Source: Chiloscyllium plagiosum
Taxonomy: Eukaryota
Assembly (NCBI RefSeq): GCF_004010195.1
Contig: NC_057726.1
Span: 48,220,175 to 48,284,174 of the forward strand
Direction: 5' to 3'
DNA: 64,000 nt
Position numbers and translations under genes: made by a program. Below the pieces are notes generated by a model. The model saw nothing but the letters and a program-made list of their open reading frames with translations. It had not been told where the DNA came from and did not search any database. Shown in pieces: positions 25,118-38,419 of the stretch. Numbering within the stretch: position 1 is the stretch's first letter; each line of letters begins with the position of its first letter.

Positions 25118-26769
25118 GTGTTGGTTAATTTCATAGAGAATATTAACAGGGAAGTGAAAACTGACACTGAGAGATCATTCACTGAATAAGGAGAAACATT
25201 TGCCAATATTTCTATTCCTGACTATTACGCAGGGATCTTTAATGAAATTACATATATGTGGACATGAGGATTGAACTCACTTACAATGACTCAAATTTTG
25301 AACAACAGGATAACCAGTGGTTCAGTAACGGACAAAATATTGGAGAGTTGCCAGAAGCTGTTAAACATTATTCTTGCATCAGTTAGCATCTTTGGGAGAG
25401 AAGAGATGAGGAAATCAGAGAGCATTTTTAGCATCATTACACATTAAACCCATGCACTCAAGAAGCAACAATTGCACAATTTTACAGCTCACCATTAAAT
25501 TTATTTGCAACTAATACAATAAACTAATGCTGTGTATTAGTGAAATATCTTCGTTATTGTCCAGCAAGATTTTCAACCAAAAAAACTTTGGTTTACACAT
25601 AGTAGCTTTGTAAGTAAACACAATGAACTGATTTTTTTCTAACCTTGGAAACAATTAAATAACCACAATCTTTTTCTGTACTTTATCGCTCAGACCTGTA
25701 TTTCTCATGCCCCCGCCCCCAACCTCCATGTCCCCATCTATCTATTTATATTCAGGATGCAGTTTTACTGCATTTTCTGATCTCAATCTTGTGTCTGTGA
25801 AGTGAAATATGCAGATAACAGATGGAAAATAATTCTGCAAACTGCATTAAAGTCAAGTAACAAAGAACTCTCTGCATGCATGCTTGGATGCGTGCAGAAA
25901 GCTCTACTCCTGATTGATTCATTTTTACCATTAGAAGGAAATGGATGGGATCCTCTGTCCTCTCATATAACATTAAAAGGATTTTCTGCTTTGCAAAGTT
26001 TAAAAGCTCCCACATGATCTATTTTAAAATGTATCTTTGTATTAGCCTGGAGTTATACTGTGGCCAGTGCAGAGTCAAAGTAAAGAAAAAGAGCCCTGAG
26101 ATAGTTTTACAATGCCCAGCTTATCCATTTTTATATTCGCTCATTGAACATGAATATTGCAGACAAGGCATCAATGTTTGCCCATTCCTAATTGCCCTTC
26201 AGAAGACAGAATGTGAGCTACCTTTCGAACTACTGTTTGGTGTTAATTGTACAAATTAAGTTTAAATTTCAACAGATGAGTGGCACACATTAGATTGTTA
26301 CTTGTGCAAAAGACATTAGGATCTTGTGGCACTGTGAAAATGGGAGATCCGGATTCAAGCTCCCCCAATCCTGGAACTGTGTCGTAAAATATCTGAAAAG
26401 GTTAATTAAAAATAACTAGAGTTTGTAGTGCAGTGTCCCTACCTCAGAACCAGAAGTTCTGGGTTCAAGTCCACTTGATTTGAAAGGATATCATAATGTA
26501 TCTGACAGGATAACTTAAATAATTTTAGTGCTATTCCTGTATGATGTTGTCAGGTTGGGAGATTTATATTTGCAATGTAATACAATCATATACAGCAAAG
26601 GTTGAATTCTGGTACTTAACAACTGACAATAAGAAGTTTATCATCCTCCAGGATTTTGGTCCAGTTCTGAAGAAGAGCCATATTGGAGTTGAAATATTAA
26701 TTCTATTTCTCTCCTCAAAGATGCTGCCAGACCTGCTGAGATTCTCTAGCATTTCCTGTGTTTGTTCCA

Positions 26770-27090
26770 GTATCACAAGCATTGTGAACTAGAGTGAACA
26801 TTGCCGTCATGAGTGAGCATGCCCACTCTGCCTTTATGGCGGAGAGAAGTGATTGATGAAGTGTTTGAAGATGTTAGGACCTAAGACATAATTCTGAGGA
26901 ACTCTTGCTGTGATGCCTTGTGGTTGAGATGATGATGGCTCCGACTAGTGAAGCATTTTCCCCACAATTCCTATTGATATCAATTTTGCTAGTGTCCTGG
27001 ATGCCGCACGTGATCAAATCCTGCCTTGATATCAAGGACAGTCACTCTCACCTCAGCTCTTGACTCCAGTTCTTTTGTCCAGTTTTGTGC
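26770..27090 (-). mobile_element. Non-LTR RT fragment, old
   Basis: Minus strand EVRVTVLDIKAGFDHVRH (LDIxxAFDxVWH-type motif); a related fragment lies at about 20600-20870. Confidence 0.7.
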
Positions 27091-27562
27091 CACATCATCC
27101 CCTCTATGGCTCTAAGTCTGTCTGACTTTACTTTTATCAGAAATTTCTGCAGTAGTCTGATACCAGTAGTTTGCTGGACCCATTCAGAGGTCAGTACAAG
27201 CTAATCACATTGCTCTGGGCCTGGAATCACATTTCGGTTACACTGACTGAGGATGGACAACTTCCTTCACAGAAGGCCATTGGTAAACCATTTACTTTTC
27301 ATGACATTCTGACAGTTCCATCAAGACAATTGAGATTGGTATTTTATTTCTGATTAATAAATTCCCCCAGTTACGAATTGAACTCATGTCACCACATCAT
27401 TAGTCCAGGCCTCTAAATGACCAGCCCAGTCTCATCTCTCAGATTTATCTAATCTGTTGCTTAAAAGTTATGAACGTTGTGGATGATCATTACAACCAGA
27501 GTATTATATATGCTGAATGGTAGTAAATACTCACAGAATGTAAGATACCTTACTATACTTAT

Positions 27563-27755
27563 GATTTGGAGATGCCGGTATTGGACTGGAGTGTACAAAG
27601 TTAAAAATCACACAACACCAGGTTAAAGGCCAACAGGTTTAATTGGAAGCACTAGCTTTCGGAGCGCTGCTCCTTTATCAGGTGGTTGTGTCTCCGAAAG
27701 CTAGTGCTTTCAATTAAACCTGTTGGACTATAACCTGGTGTTGTGTGATTTTTAG
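27563..27755. mobile_element. Palindromic PLE derivative (family B)
   Basis: Inverted arms; TSD tatacttat at 27554-27562 and 27756-27764; minus-strand hammerhead 27650-27684 with core mutated to CTGATAA. Confidence 0.9.
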
Positions 27756-29959
27756 TATACTTATATATTGAATACCTTTCTATTCTTCCTGCAGCCCCAT
27801 CATCCTGTGTCCCAACTAAGAAAACATATAAAAAACAATAGTTTTAAACATCTGTGGAACTTAGCCCAAATAGGATCAGGCAAAATTCTCCCTTTACCAG
27901 ATGGCTTTTTGCAAAATTAACAACTTGAGCTGATGTAAATTTGAAATCTAAACATGAACCAAAATGGTCACATATACAGAGGTTTATCATTGAACAGACC
28001 TGAGCGATAAAATGGTGCAGCAGTGTCAAGGTGCTTGTGTTGGGACATTGCCAGAGCTCTCGAATTTGATGTTTTCTTAAGCATTTTGCCGATAAAGCTG
28101 CGACTGATGATGTCAATGCAAAGAAAAATGATCATCTCTCATCTTTCTGGGCACATTTGTTTCTCTCTTACTTCAAATCCAAAAAACGTACAACTTTTGA
28201 AATAAATGATGCAGAGGCAATGAAATAATAATTAGCTACTTAAATTTAATTATAAATATTTTCAATTGCTATCCTGAGCACAGATATTGCCGACTGCAGG
28301 CACATGTTGTTGGCCTTTGGAGGGCTAGTGTGAAAGTGGAGTAAATAATTCTTCTTTGACTGCAACATTCACAGCACTGTTGTGATGCATTCAATAAAAG
28401 AACAGGGTATCTCTTACTGGAGTCTGTTCTTGCATATAGGTCAGCATTTCCTGCAGCATCCAATACATTAAGTCTTTTCAAAGATCCATGATGATAATTT
28501 CTCAATCTCAGTGCCTAGACAGTTCGTTCACCTTTAATTATTTGACACATACTACATATTTATAAGATAAAAAGGAAAGAAGTTAAGACAACATTTTTCA
28601 TAATTGTTTTTATATTTGTTGCAAATATATCCACAATTGTACACAGTTAAGTGATTTTTTTTGCAATATTTTGATGCAAGTTGCCTTAAATTGTTGTGTA
28701 TTCCTTTAGGTAAGAGTGATTTATAATGTATAAATATTTTTTATTGGGGAGCCATGACCGCTTGCAACTGAAAAGCATTAATTACAGTCATACCTCGCCA
28801 TTATATTCTGTGATCCTTTGGTGTGATATAAATTATTGATAGCTGCTGCATGAGTAGAGAAAATAAATATAAAATATCATCCATGAAAATACTGCTCATT
28901 ATAATGCAGCTTTACTCTGCACTTGAAGAGATTTGCTGTCTTGAGGCCACTCTTCTGTACCTGTGCAGTTGTGGGTGGACGGCAAATCGGCTCAGTATCG
29001 CATTGGAGAGGGTGCAAGAATGCAATGTGAGTTTGCAAAGAAGTTAAACAAAAACTGTGCAATGAAATAATTAAAGTTATCACAAGGGATATAAAGCATC
29101 TGTTTGGATTTCAGGTGATCCATATTTTCTACCCTCAATAATAGTCCATCAATGCTCTTCATTTTCTCCATAATAACGAAAAACAAGTTCCTTGTTTGTT
29201 TTCCTTTAATTTATTTTTTAAAATGTATTTGAAATTCCTGCAGACCGATAAAATAGACTTTCAAAATGAAAAACAATTCATTAAGGGATGACCCGCACCC
29301 TTTGAGAACAGTGTGGTTATTATATTTTTCAAATATACACTTTGATTTTTAAAACTTGCAAAACAAATACATTTCAAAACATATCAACTCAAATATCACA
29401 ATATTTTCAATAAAATGCAACTTATCCCCACACAGCATGTTCCACTCAGTACCTTTTCAATAGTATTAATGTTTACAAAATACAATCCCAGTCAGGTGTA
29501 CAGGACAAGGGCAAAAACATTTCAAATTGGAAATTACAGAAAATACAATAGATTTATAATAGTTTGTTTATCATACACCATGTTCTACTCTGAGGTGTCT
29601 CGATATGTTTTCAGTACTCTTGATACAGAATGTAAGTTATTTATTTATTTACATTTGCAGCCTGAAGGGATCTACAGTTTCCAGCCCCCAAAGTATTCTG
29701 GCTGAAAGGCCTTTCCCATTTGCTCATGTTGACTGCCCCAAACAGAAAATTAAATAGCACTTGAAATGCCATAATATTCAAGGCAATGAGCCAAGTGCCG
29801 GAAAGTTGGACTTGCATAAATTGAGTGATTTTTTTTGTTGGTGCAGACTTGATGGGCTGAAGGTTCTCCTCTGTAATGTATGATACTATGCACATAGTCC
29901 TAGACCATGCTATTTATGAGTCTGCAACTTTTGATCAAGGACATCTCTTTGCAGTGGCT

Positions 29960-31844
29960 GTTTCAGGCAGACTGAAAAGTGTCTTTCACTGATGGTCCTC
30001 CAGGTGATGTTTGTTCTGGTGGGTGTCCCTGACACCAGCCCATAGAGTACAGAGTCCTATGTCACAGAGCCATTTAGATAAAGCATGACCTCCTAGCTCG
30101 GTGGGATTCCATTGTGGATTCCCTTCCCAACACTCATTTTGGGGAGCACATCCATCATGTAGGTGTGTGACATTCTGTCAAAGGTTTTCTCCTGGGCCAT
30201 GCTGAAGTGGCATGTGTTCACACCCATGTTGCACATATAGGTGATTATATCCCTAATAGTAAGAAGCTGTCTGAAATCTTTCTGTTGGGTACAGTACGGG
30301 TCTGGTTAGGGTGAATCACCAACTCCTGAACTGACCTGACCTCATTGGCAGAATCTTACAGTTCACATTCAGCAGTCAGATGTATCTCCAATTTCTAATT
30401 TCCTTTCACTTCTAGCTGAAGGTGATGATGCCTTTCCTCATGATTTGCTCCATGTTGCTGTTCAGAAGCATACTTTCATACACTTCCAGCAGCTCCTGGC
30501 TAAGCAGGTTTCGTAGAGATGAATACAATCAATTGTTAAGACCTCACTTCTGGGAATTTTATTCTTTGCAAAGGATTCAAAGGCCTTAGACAGTTTGTCC
30601 AGAGTTAGCAGTTTGTCCAGATCTCTCCCATGTACTGTTGTCTAAGAACTCTATGACAAGGACAGAAATGTCTAAGACACTGTAATCTATCTGGGCTTTA
30701 TGTCAGACAGTCCAGCACAAAAGCATATGCTGATCTTGATCCTGTCAGACTGCAATTACTTTACAGAGCCATCTTCTTCCCACAGGCTTCTGATCACAGC
30801 AGTCTCTCTGTGTACCTTCTAGAAGAATAAATCCAAACATGTTCCATCCTGCTCCGGGTACGGGCACTTAACCAGAAGATGACCAGAACAGAGAAGCATT
30901 TTGAAGCAAGGCATTCTGGTTCCTCACATTGTGGAAATCCTCCTTGAGTGGACCACAGCCAGAGTAGATCCTGCAGCTTTGCTGGAGTCAACACATTTCC
31001 TTCTGTTCCTCTGTTACCTTCTGGACACCTCGAGGAATGAAGAACCTTCGATTTTATCCTGACTGCTTCCCACCAGAGTCCTGCAGACTCAAAGAGAGGC
31101 TTCACAGTTCTCTGGCCTTTGAAATTCTTTTTGAGTTGTTTTCAGCAGGCTCACAATCAATCTCCACGAACCTCTGCCACCCCTTTGGGTCTTCCTGTAG
31201 ATTATAGCCCAGCTAGTAGGAGACTGCAATCAGAGATGAATGAAGGCTTGATATTAATGATCCGACCATGAACACGTACGATACAAGCTGTAATTATATT
31301 CTGGAACACACAATCCCACCTGGTCTTGACCAACGGTATCTACACTGCACTCTGTCTGAGGGCTGTTGAAGATATTGTACAACTTGGTATCTTTTACCAT
31401 TTCCATCAGGAGTTTGTACATGGCGTCTGCTGTCAGCCTTGTCGGATTGTCCAGCTGCATCAATGATGCAGTTACCATCACTGTCCAAAGTGACCAGCCT
31501 GGACATCACCAGCAGCTATGGAAGCAGCTGAAGTTTGGTCCATTGCTCACAGTTTCGAGCCAGGGTTTACTTGTTAATGAAGGAGAGGGCATTTATCTAC
31601 ATTACATCTGCTTCAAGACTACACCTGCCCACCACTTCCTTAATGTCAGATAGCTACCTCCCTACCAGTGGGGAGGAATGTGAGTGTTTCTATCTAAATA
31701 GATCATTGGGACCACCATCTGACCACTGTCTGTAGGACCTCAAGTGCAGTATTGCCCATGCCTGCAGAAGCAGGTCCACACTTTAGCCTGGGCCAGGTGA
31801 CACAAGGTTGAAACTCATCAGGTGTTATACTGAATGCAATGCAC
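29960..31844 (-). mobile_element. Tx1-like (L1 clade) ORF2 remnant: APE and start of RT region
   Basis: Minus strand VSTLCHLAQAK..DLLLQ, SRLVTLDSDGNCIIDAAG (GGDFNC-like), KLLMEMVKDTKL, RYRWSRPGGIVCSRI (YTW...SRID-like). Confidence 0.8.
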
Positions 31845-33440
31845 TGTTATGATCCCAGCTGAGGTTTTTACTGAACAAGTCAGATCACCAGGCATGATAG
31901 ACAATATTTTGATTTGTTTTATCCTTAACAGAAGCAAGCAATGCTGCAGATTTTGCTTTAACAATAAACCAAACGTTTATTAACAAAAAAAATTAAGCTA
32001 AAATCAAATATTCTAAACTATCCACTTTTGATAGAAATTCAAAGATTTTTAAGTGCACAGAAACACGTAATCCTATGAATCCAAAAAAACATTGTTTTGT
32101 AAACTGAAAAAAATCCAAATCATGCCCCTCATACAGTACCCAAAACACTACTCATATAATAGCCAAACTGAATCACTGTATCGAACACCTTGTTAGGTTT
32201 AAGCTGTTGTGTCTTTTAGACCTTAATTGTAGATAGCTTCTTCCTGGAGCTATCATACTTCTGCTTAAATGTACTACAAATGTACTCAGCACTAAGTAAC
32301 CTCTAGGGGCTTTTATCCCATCTGGTCTGGGACTAACACTGACTCCTCACTGTAAGGTAACCTAATTCACAATATAGCCTTCCCTTTTCAGATGCACTGG
32401 TCTACACAGCCATCATATTCAAAAAAAAATCATAAGACTGCAAAACACTCAAAGTAAAAACAGAAAGCAATAGGCCTCTTTCTCTAAACTATGGGTGTTT
32501 TATTCAAGGTTAAAAAAGTTTCAAAAATCTCTAAGAAACCCGTACACTCTGAAAGCTCATCTTCAAAAACTGTTTTAAAAGAAATCACCAAGGTGACAGA
32601 AAAACTATAAGTTAATTGTTAAATTCAGACACATAAACAACTCATCAGATAAAAACTCAAACTCCAGAAACCCAAACTTACAATAAATAAAATTTACGCA
32701 TGCATACAAATATACATATGTGTATATATACATATAGCCCCCCTAGTTAACTTCATAGTATGTGATCTTAATGTCCATTTTCAAATATTTTGTTTCTTGC
32801 CATCAATATTTCTCATAAACAGTTCCAGTCATAGAGATGTACAGCACAGAACCAGACCCTTCAGTCCAACTTGTCCATGCTGACCAGATATCCTAAATTA
32901 ATCTAGCCCCATTTGCCAGCATGTGGCCCATATCCTTCAAAACCTTTCCTATTCATATACCCATCCAACTGCTTTTTAACTGTTGTAATTGTACCAGCCT
33001 CCACCACTTCCTCTGACAGCTCATTCCATGTACACACTACCCTTTGTATGAAAAGGTTGCCCCTTAGGTCTCTTTTAAAACTTTCCCCTCTCACCTTAAA
33101 CCTATGCCCTCTAGTTTTGGACTCCCTAACCCTGGGGAAAAGACCTTGTCTATTTACCCTATCCATGCCTCTCTCAATTTTACAAACATCTATAAGATCT
33201 TCCCTCAGCCTCTGATACTCAAGGGAAAACAGTCCCAGCCTATTCAGCCTCAACCTGTAGCTCAAACCCTCCAACCTTGGCAACATCCTTGTAAATCTTT
33301 TCTGATCCCTTTCAAGTTTCACAATATCCTTCCTACAGCAGGGAAACCAGAATTGCATGCAATATTCCAAAGGTAGCGCAATATTCCAAAAGTCCGTGGG
33401 TCTGATCCTGCATATCCTTAGCAATCACAAATCTTATGAC
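31845..33440. mobile_element. Insertion splitting the Tx1 element, probably a solo LTR, itself containing a CR1
   Basis: Starts tgttatgatcccagctg exactly where Tx1 ORF2 homology stops; A-rich and non-coding, with minus-strand aataaa near 31977-31982. Right end uncertain. Confidence 0.45.
32828..33372 (-). mobile_element. CR1 (HER1-like) 3' fragment
   Basis: LEYCMQFWFP...KRFTRMLP...TRGHRFKVRGESFKRDLRGN...WNELSEEVVEAG. Confidence 0.95.
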
Positions 33441-33469
33441 TTGTTATGGCTTAAGAAAACTGTTCAGGT

Positions 33470-34830
33470 TTGTTTCATTTGAAATGTCCTTCCAGGCGAA
33501 ATCTCAGTGGTGAACTGGTCTCTTCACTTTGTGATGGGGATGAACTGGTCTTGACAATTTGTGATGGGGGTGAACTGATCTCTTCACTTTGTGATGGGGG
33601 TGAACTGGTCCCTTCACTTTGTGATGGGGGTGAACTGGTCTCCTTACTTTGTGATTGGATTTCACTGACTCCTTTGTTTTGTGATTGGGGTGCATGGTCT
33701 CTTTCCAGCCTGCATGTTTCTGGTGTTTCCTCCTCCAGCTTCCTTAAGGTTTTCCTCCACTTCCACTGTTCTTACTTATCAAAAGCACACAAGTTCATTA
33801 TGGTCTGTGTGAATGCAGTGACCTCTGGCTGTGTGTTTAAGACGTAATTTGGTCACTCCTCAGGCATTTCTTCTTTATGGAGTTCTTCACCAGCTGCCTT
33901 TCCCCTGGTTACTTCTCTGCTGGTTTCTCCTCCACAGATTCTGGTTGAGAACCGAGATACTTGAGGAGGGATGTTAGTGTTTGGTAGCCTGCTGCTTCAT
34001 TCTTTTCGTTCCTCTGCACCTTCCCTGCAGCCTCCCTTGACTTGTTCTGCTCTCTGGAAGGCCAGAGAGTTACAGGACTTTTTGATGCTGGTCACGTTCA
34101 CTGTTCTGTGTGCATGTCCCACTGTTTTATTAGCTGCCTGTACATAAGTGAGGCAGCATTGAGGGCAACACTTATAAAAATAGTCTGTTCCAAGACATAG
34201 ATGCAGCACTTAGTTGCAGCCCTTTACCTGGTGGCCTTGCAGGTCTTACAAAGAATAGCACACAGTTGGATGCCACGTGGCCAGATTTGCCACAGGATCA
34301 ACACATTTTGGACATTGTAGCAAAGACCAGGTAGCCAGGGATACCCAGTGAAAGCTCGAAGGAGGGTAGAGGATCACTGTCTTATTATTCATCTTCACAG
34401 TCAGTTTGACCAGCCATTTATTTATCCAAATCCCAAAGGCAGCCATAACATCAGTGCAGTTTCCAACCATATCGACATTCTGCTTAGGAAGTACATGCAG
34501 AGCAGGAACATTAGGATTGTGGAGATGCAGAGTCAGCATATAGTCTCTTTGTGATAGCTGTGGGTTCGATGTCTCTGTAAAGACCCTAACAAACTCTCTT
34601 TATGCCGTAATGTTTTTGAAGGTTGCGTCAACATATCCAGTGTTGGAGAAGTCCTGAGAAGTAGGTATCCATAGCTTTGAAACCACAGAATTTAAGTAGA
34701 TCTTCTTCACAACTAAAGTACAATCCATTGGGATATCTCTTCCTCTATCTTTCATTGTCACTCGAACGGTGTTCTGTATCCCATTTGGGAATTGACCATT
34801 TGAAGTGCGCATGTTCCTGATCATGTCCTT
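33470..34830 (-). mobile_element. Tx1-like ORF1 remnant (zinc-knuckle gag-like)
   Basis: NTVRVTMKD, LTLHLHNPNVPA, VGNCTDVMAAFGIWINKWLVKLT, ILYPPSSF, then CGKSGHVASNC knuckle in another frame. Confidence 0.8.
33508..33702. repeat. 30-bp minisatellite, about 6 copies
   Basis: Unit tgaactggtctcttcactttgtgatggggg at 33511, 33541, 33571, 33601 and 33631, degenerate at 33661. Confidence 0.95.
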
Positions 34831-36771
34831 GGTTCATTTTTAACCACAGTGCCAAGGTGAAACTGCACAACACAGGCCTGAAAGTGGCAATGGACCTTTT
34901 AGTGGTGATGTCAGTAGAAGTTCATTTTTACAAACAAATTATAAGTGCCACACATATTCTGTCCATTTGCACTATTACTCAGTGGTCTTGTCAAGTGACC
35001 TTTGAAAAGACCACTAAATCTGGATGATTTCATACTCTGTCCAGCAGAGCACTGTGTTGAAAGGTAAAGCTCACCACACTTATGTTGCCTTAGTCTTTTT
35101 ATATTAGTTATGGTTAAAATAATAGGTTATGGCTGCAGCATTTGCCAACCAACCACTTTGTACCAAAATTAATGGCAAGTTCCTTTTTTGTTTTGGCTGC
35201 ATTTATATAAGAATCATATGGTGTATCATAAATGTAGTGAACTTTACTATCATAAATATATTCTGTATGTCACATATAATCAAGTCATCTATTTACACAA
35301 ACATATGCCTTTTGATTTGCTGGAAATAGTGCAAATTCATTGGATAGTGTGCAACTTCTTTTGTTTAACCCTCAGATGGCCTCAGGAGAAAAAACATCAG
35401 AGAAATAACTTAGCTTTTAGAGTAAGTAGTGTGCTTTGTAACAATTAACATCTGGGATGAAAAATTGCAGCTTCAATACTAATTGCACCTTCACTGGCTT
35501 AAATTACAGAACTGTGGAATTACAAAAATTGTATCAACTTACTTAGATAAATTGAAATGCATGATCATGTAATTTTATTAAAATGTTGAAATTTGCACAC
35601 AATACCTTAAAGGGTTGTCAAAGCCAAGGTCATCAACCTTTTCACATTCTTCATAAATACAGCCCCTAGTCTGCCAGAACTGTCAAGAATTTAGCTTTAC
35701 TGTTCTGCACAGATCTACAATTGATCCAAGTCTCAAAAAACCTACAGTAGGTTTTGTCCTTATAACAGAGTGTGCATTACGTTTATGTCAGAAGTTACTC
35801 CTGTTTTAAAAAATGGGGTTATTGCACTCTCACTGTATTTGCCCCAGCTCAAATTTTGAGGCTGCTTAATAGACAGAAAAGTCAACTACTTAAATAAATA
35901 TTCAGAAACTAAATTGGATTCCAAGAAAATATTTCCAGCCCTGTGAAAAGTTTTATTATGGTGCTGAGCTGCTCCTGCCAATGTGAAGATTGTGAAAGCT
36001 TTGTTTTGTCTATGAGAAAGAGTTCTTTTGCTATGCAGATGTTCTGCATTCAAGATGAAAGTTGGTCAATAAGTTTGGATTTTGTCTGCATTGATTCTCT
36101 GGAGAAACGAGTATGCTGCCATTCATAGCTTCACCATGTTTCATCCAAGTATTTTATCCGTTGGGTAGTACATTCTAGGACTCTGGCGCCAGTTTCTCCC
36201 TATTCTTCAGTTCTTTGGTATTTTGTTATCTGAACATGCTTGCTTCTTTGAATTCTTTTTTTTTGCACTTCTAAGAGAATCAACTGAGAATAATCTATTT
36301 TGGTCTTAAGGTAATTTTTATAGCTTGTCTGCTGAGCAGAAATATTCAGATTGAATGCATTGCACCCTATTTATTTTAGTAAAAAAGATCACCTCCCAGT
36401 GCAATCCTTTCTGATTCACCTAATAGATACATTTGTTGAAAAAATTTATATCACTACTGCCAATCTTTCTAATAAATCATGATTTATATTTTCATGCAGC
36501 TTAGAGGCAGTGCATAGAAATACACCAAATATACAGGACAGAACCAGGTCATTTCGCTCAATTCATCAATGCCGGTGTTCACGCTGCACACAAATCTACA
36601 AAACCCTATTTCATCAAACTCTATCGATATGTCCTCCTTTTCCTTTCTTCCTCTTGTTAAGAGCATAAGAAATAGGAGCAGCAGTACACTGTGCATCATC
36701 TCAAACCTACTGGCTCAATGTGACTCCAGATCTAAAGCAAAATGATTGATTCTTAACTGCCTTCCAAATTA

Positions 36772-37020
36772 GGAGAAAGTGAGGACTGCAGAAGATGGTG
36801 ATCAGAGTCAAAACGTGTGGTGCTGGAAAAACACAGCAGGTCAGGCAGCATCTGAGGAGCAGGAACCTTACTGCAAAGCCTCTTCTAAGGATGTCCACCT
36901 TGAAGAAGTTCTCTTCGTCCCCACAGTCCTGATGAAGGGCTTATGCCCAAAAGTCGATTCTCCTGCTCCTTGGATGCTGCCTGACCGGCTGTGCTTTTCC
37001 AGCACCACACATTTTGACTC
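36772..37020. mobile_element. Palindromic PLE derivative (family A) inserted in a SINE/LINE tail
   Basis: Inverted arms; TSD ctgccttccaaa/ctgccctccaaa at 36757-36768 and 37020-37031; decayed hammerhead at about 36927-36960. Confidence 0.88.
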
Positions 37021-38419
37021 TGCCCTCCAAAACAGCCGAACAAGTCACTTACAGATGGGCAACAAATGTAGGTTTTGTTAATGCCACCCACATTCAAGAA
37101 GAACAAGAAAAGAAAAGACTCTGGAATTTGTTCTCACTTATTCCACAAGGAAGGAGATTCTAGCTTGACAGAGCTGATTCTCTATCTGCGGTTTTGATGC
37201 ACACCATCTTCCACCAGAATCTCAGTGCTGATCTGCCCTGGCCTATGGATGTACGGGAGCCAGGAGAAGAAAAGCAATGCTACTGCTGACATTGCCCTTG
37301 CTCCTGCTGTCAATGCCAATGGCAGCAGTACTCCCTTCTCTCATGTCCTTCAACGGAGGTAGAATTTAGAGCTGTATAAAGTGCTCCCATGCTATGTTGA
37401 AACCTGGCAGCAAGGAAGTGCAGCTGAAGGTGAGTGAAATACTAATCAAAGAAAATATCCTCCAAGAAACTGAACAACATTCCTTGCCCTGGCCTTGACT
37501 GGAGCTCTTCACTTACACTGATCAAAGTCTTCCCAGTTTCTGAGTTTCAATGGGGAAGCTTTCTCTGCTGTACTCTTAACTTAGTGACCTTGGCAAGTTG
37601 CTGACAGGAGGTCTCCCGGGATATCCAGAATTGGAGGTTAAAACATTTCTCAATTGACTTCTTAATGGCCTTAAGTACTTACATGTCAGATCCAAGAGAG
37701 ATTCTTGATTGCCTTCAATCCCAACCAGTAGTAATCTGGGACAAAAAGGTGGGAAGATGTCAGATCCTGACTTGATATTCCTTTCAGAGATTTGACTCCT
37801 GGTAAACACATAAACTAACCTTACTTGGCTGTGAAAGTCTCCTCAAAACATTTGTTTATGTGTCCACCATTTCCTTAAACTCCATTGTTTTTTTCTAACT
37901 CTGAAGGACTCCATTAATCTTTGCATAGCGCTTCCAGTTTATATATTTTTAAAATATCGTACTATCTGTTAATTTTTACTTTTTTGCTATTTTACTTCAT
38001 ATTCTATTTTCTACCTTGATATTGGTTTCTCAGCCATCGTGCGCTGATTTTTCAAACTCTCCCAAACCTTAGGTTTGCCATATTTTTGGTAAAATTCTTA
38101 GCTTTTCCTTTTAATCTAATTCTGTTCTCAATTCCTCTAGTAAATAATTTTTCCAGTGGAATTTTTTTCCTCAAGGGAATGGATATTTGTTGAGAATTAT
38201 AATTTATTTATTTTAATATTTGCCATTACTGTCAACTTTTAATCTAGTTTCCTGATCAATTTCAGCTAATTGCCTTTGTAATTGGCTTTCTTTCAATTTG
38301 AGACCCTAGCTTCAGACTTAATTCAAACTTAATATGAAATTCTATCATGCTGTGAACAAAGTTTTCTCTTTTTGTGCCTGGCCTGTGTATTGTACTGTTT
38401 AATCCCTTCAGTATTGCTG

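Noticed and set aside
25871..25898. 11-bp hairpin as miRNA or terminator
   Set aside because: Too short for a pre-miRNA and built from self-complementary TGCA units.
33508..33702. CRISPR-like regular 30-bp repeats
   Set aside because: Units are head-to-tail with no unique spacers, there are no cas genes, and the context is eukaryotic; it is a minisatellite.
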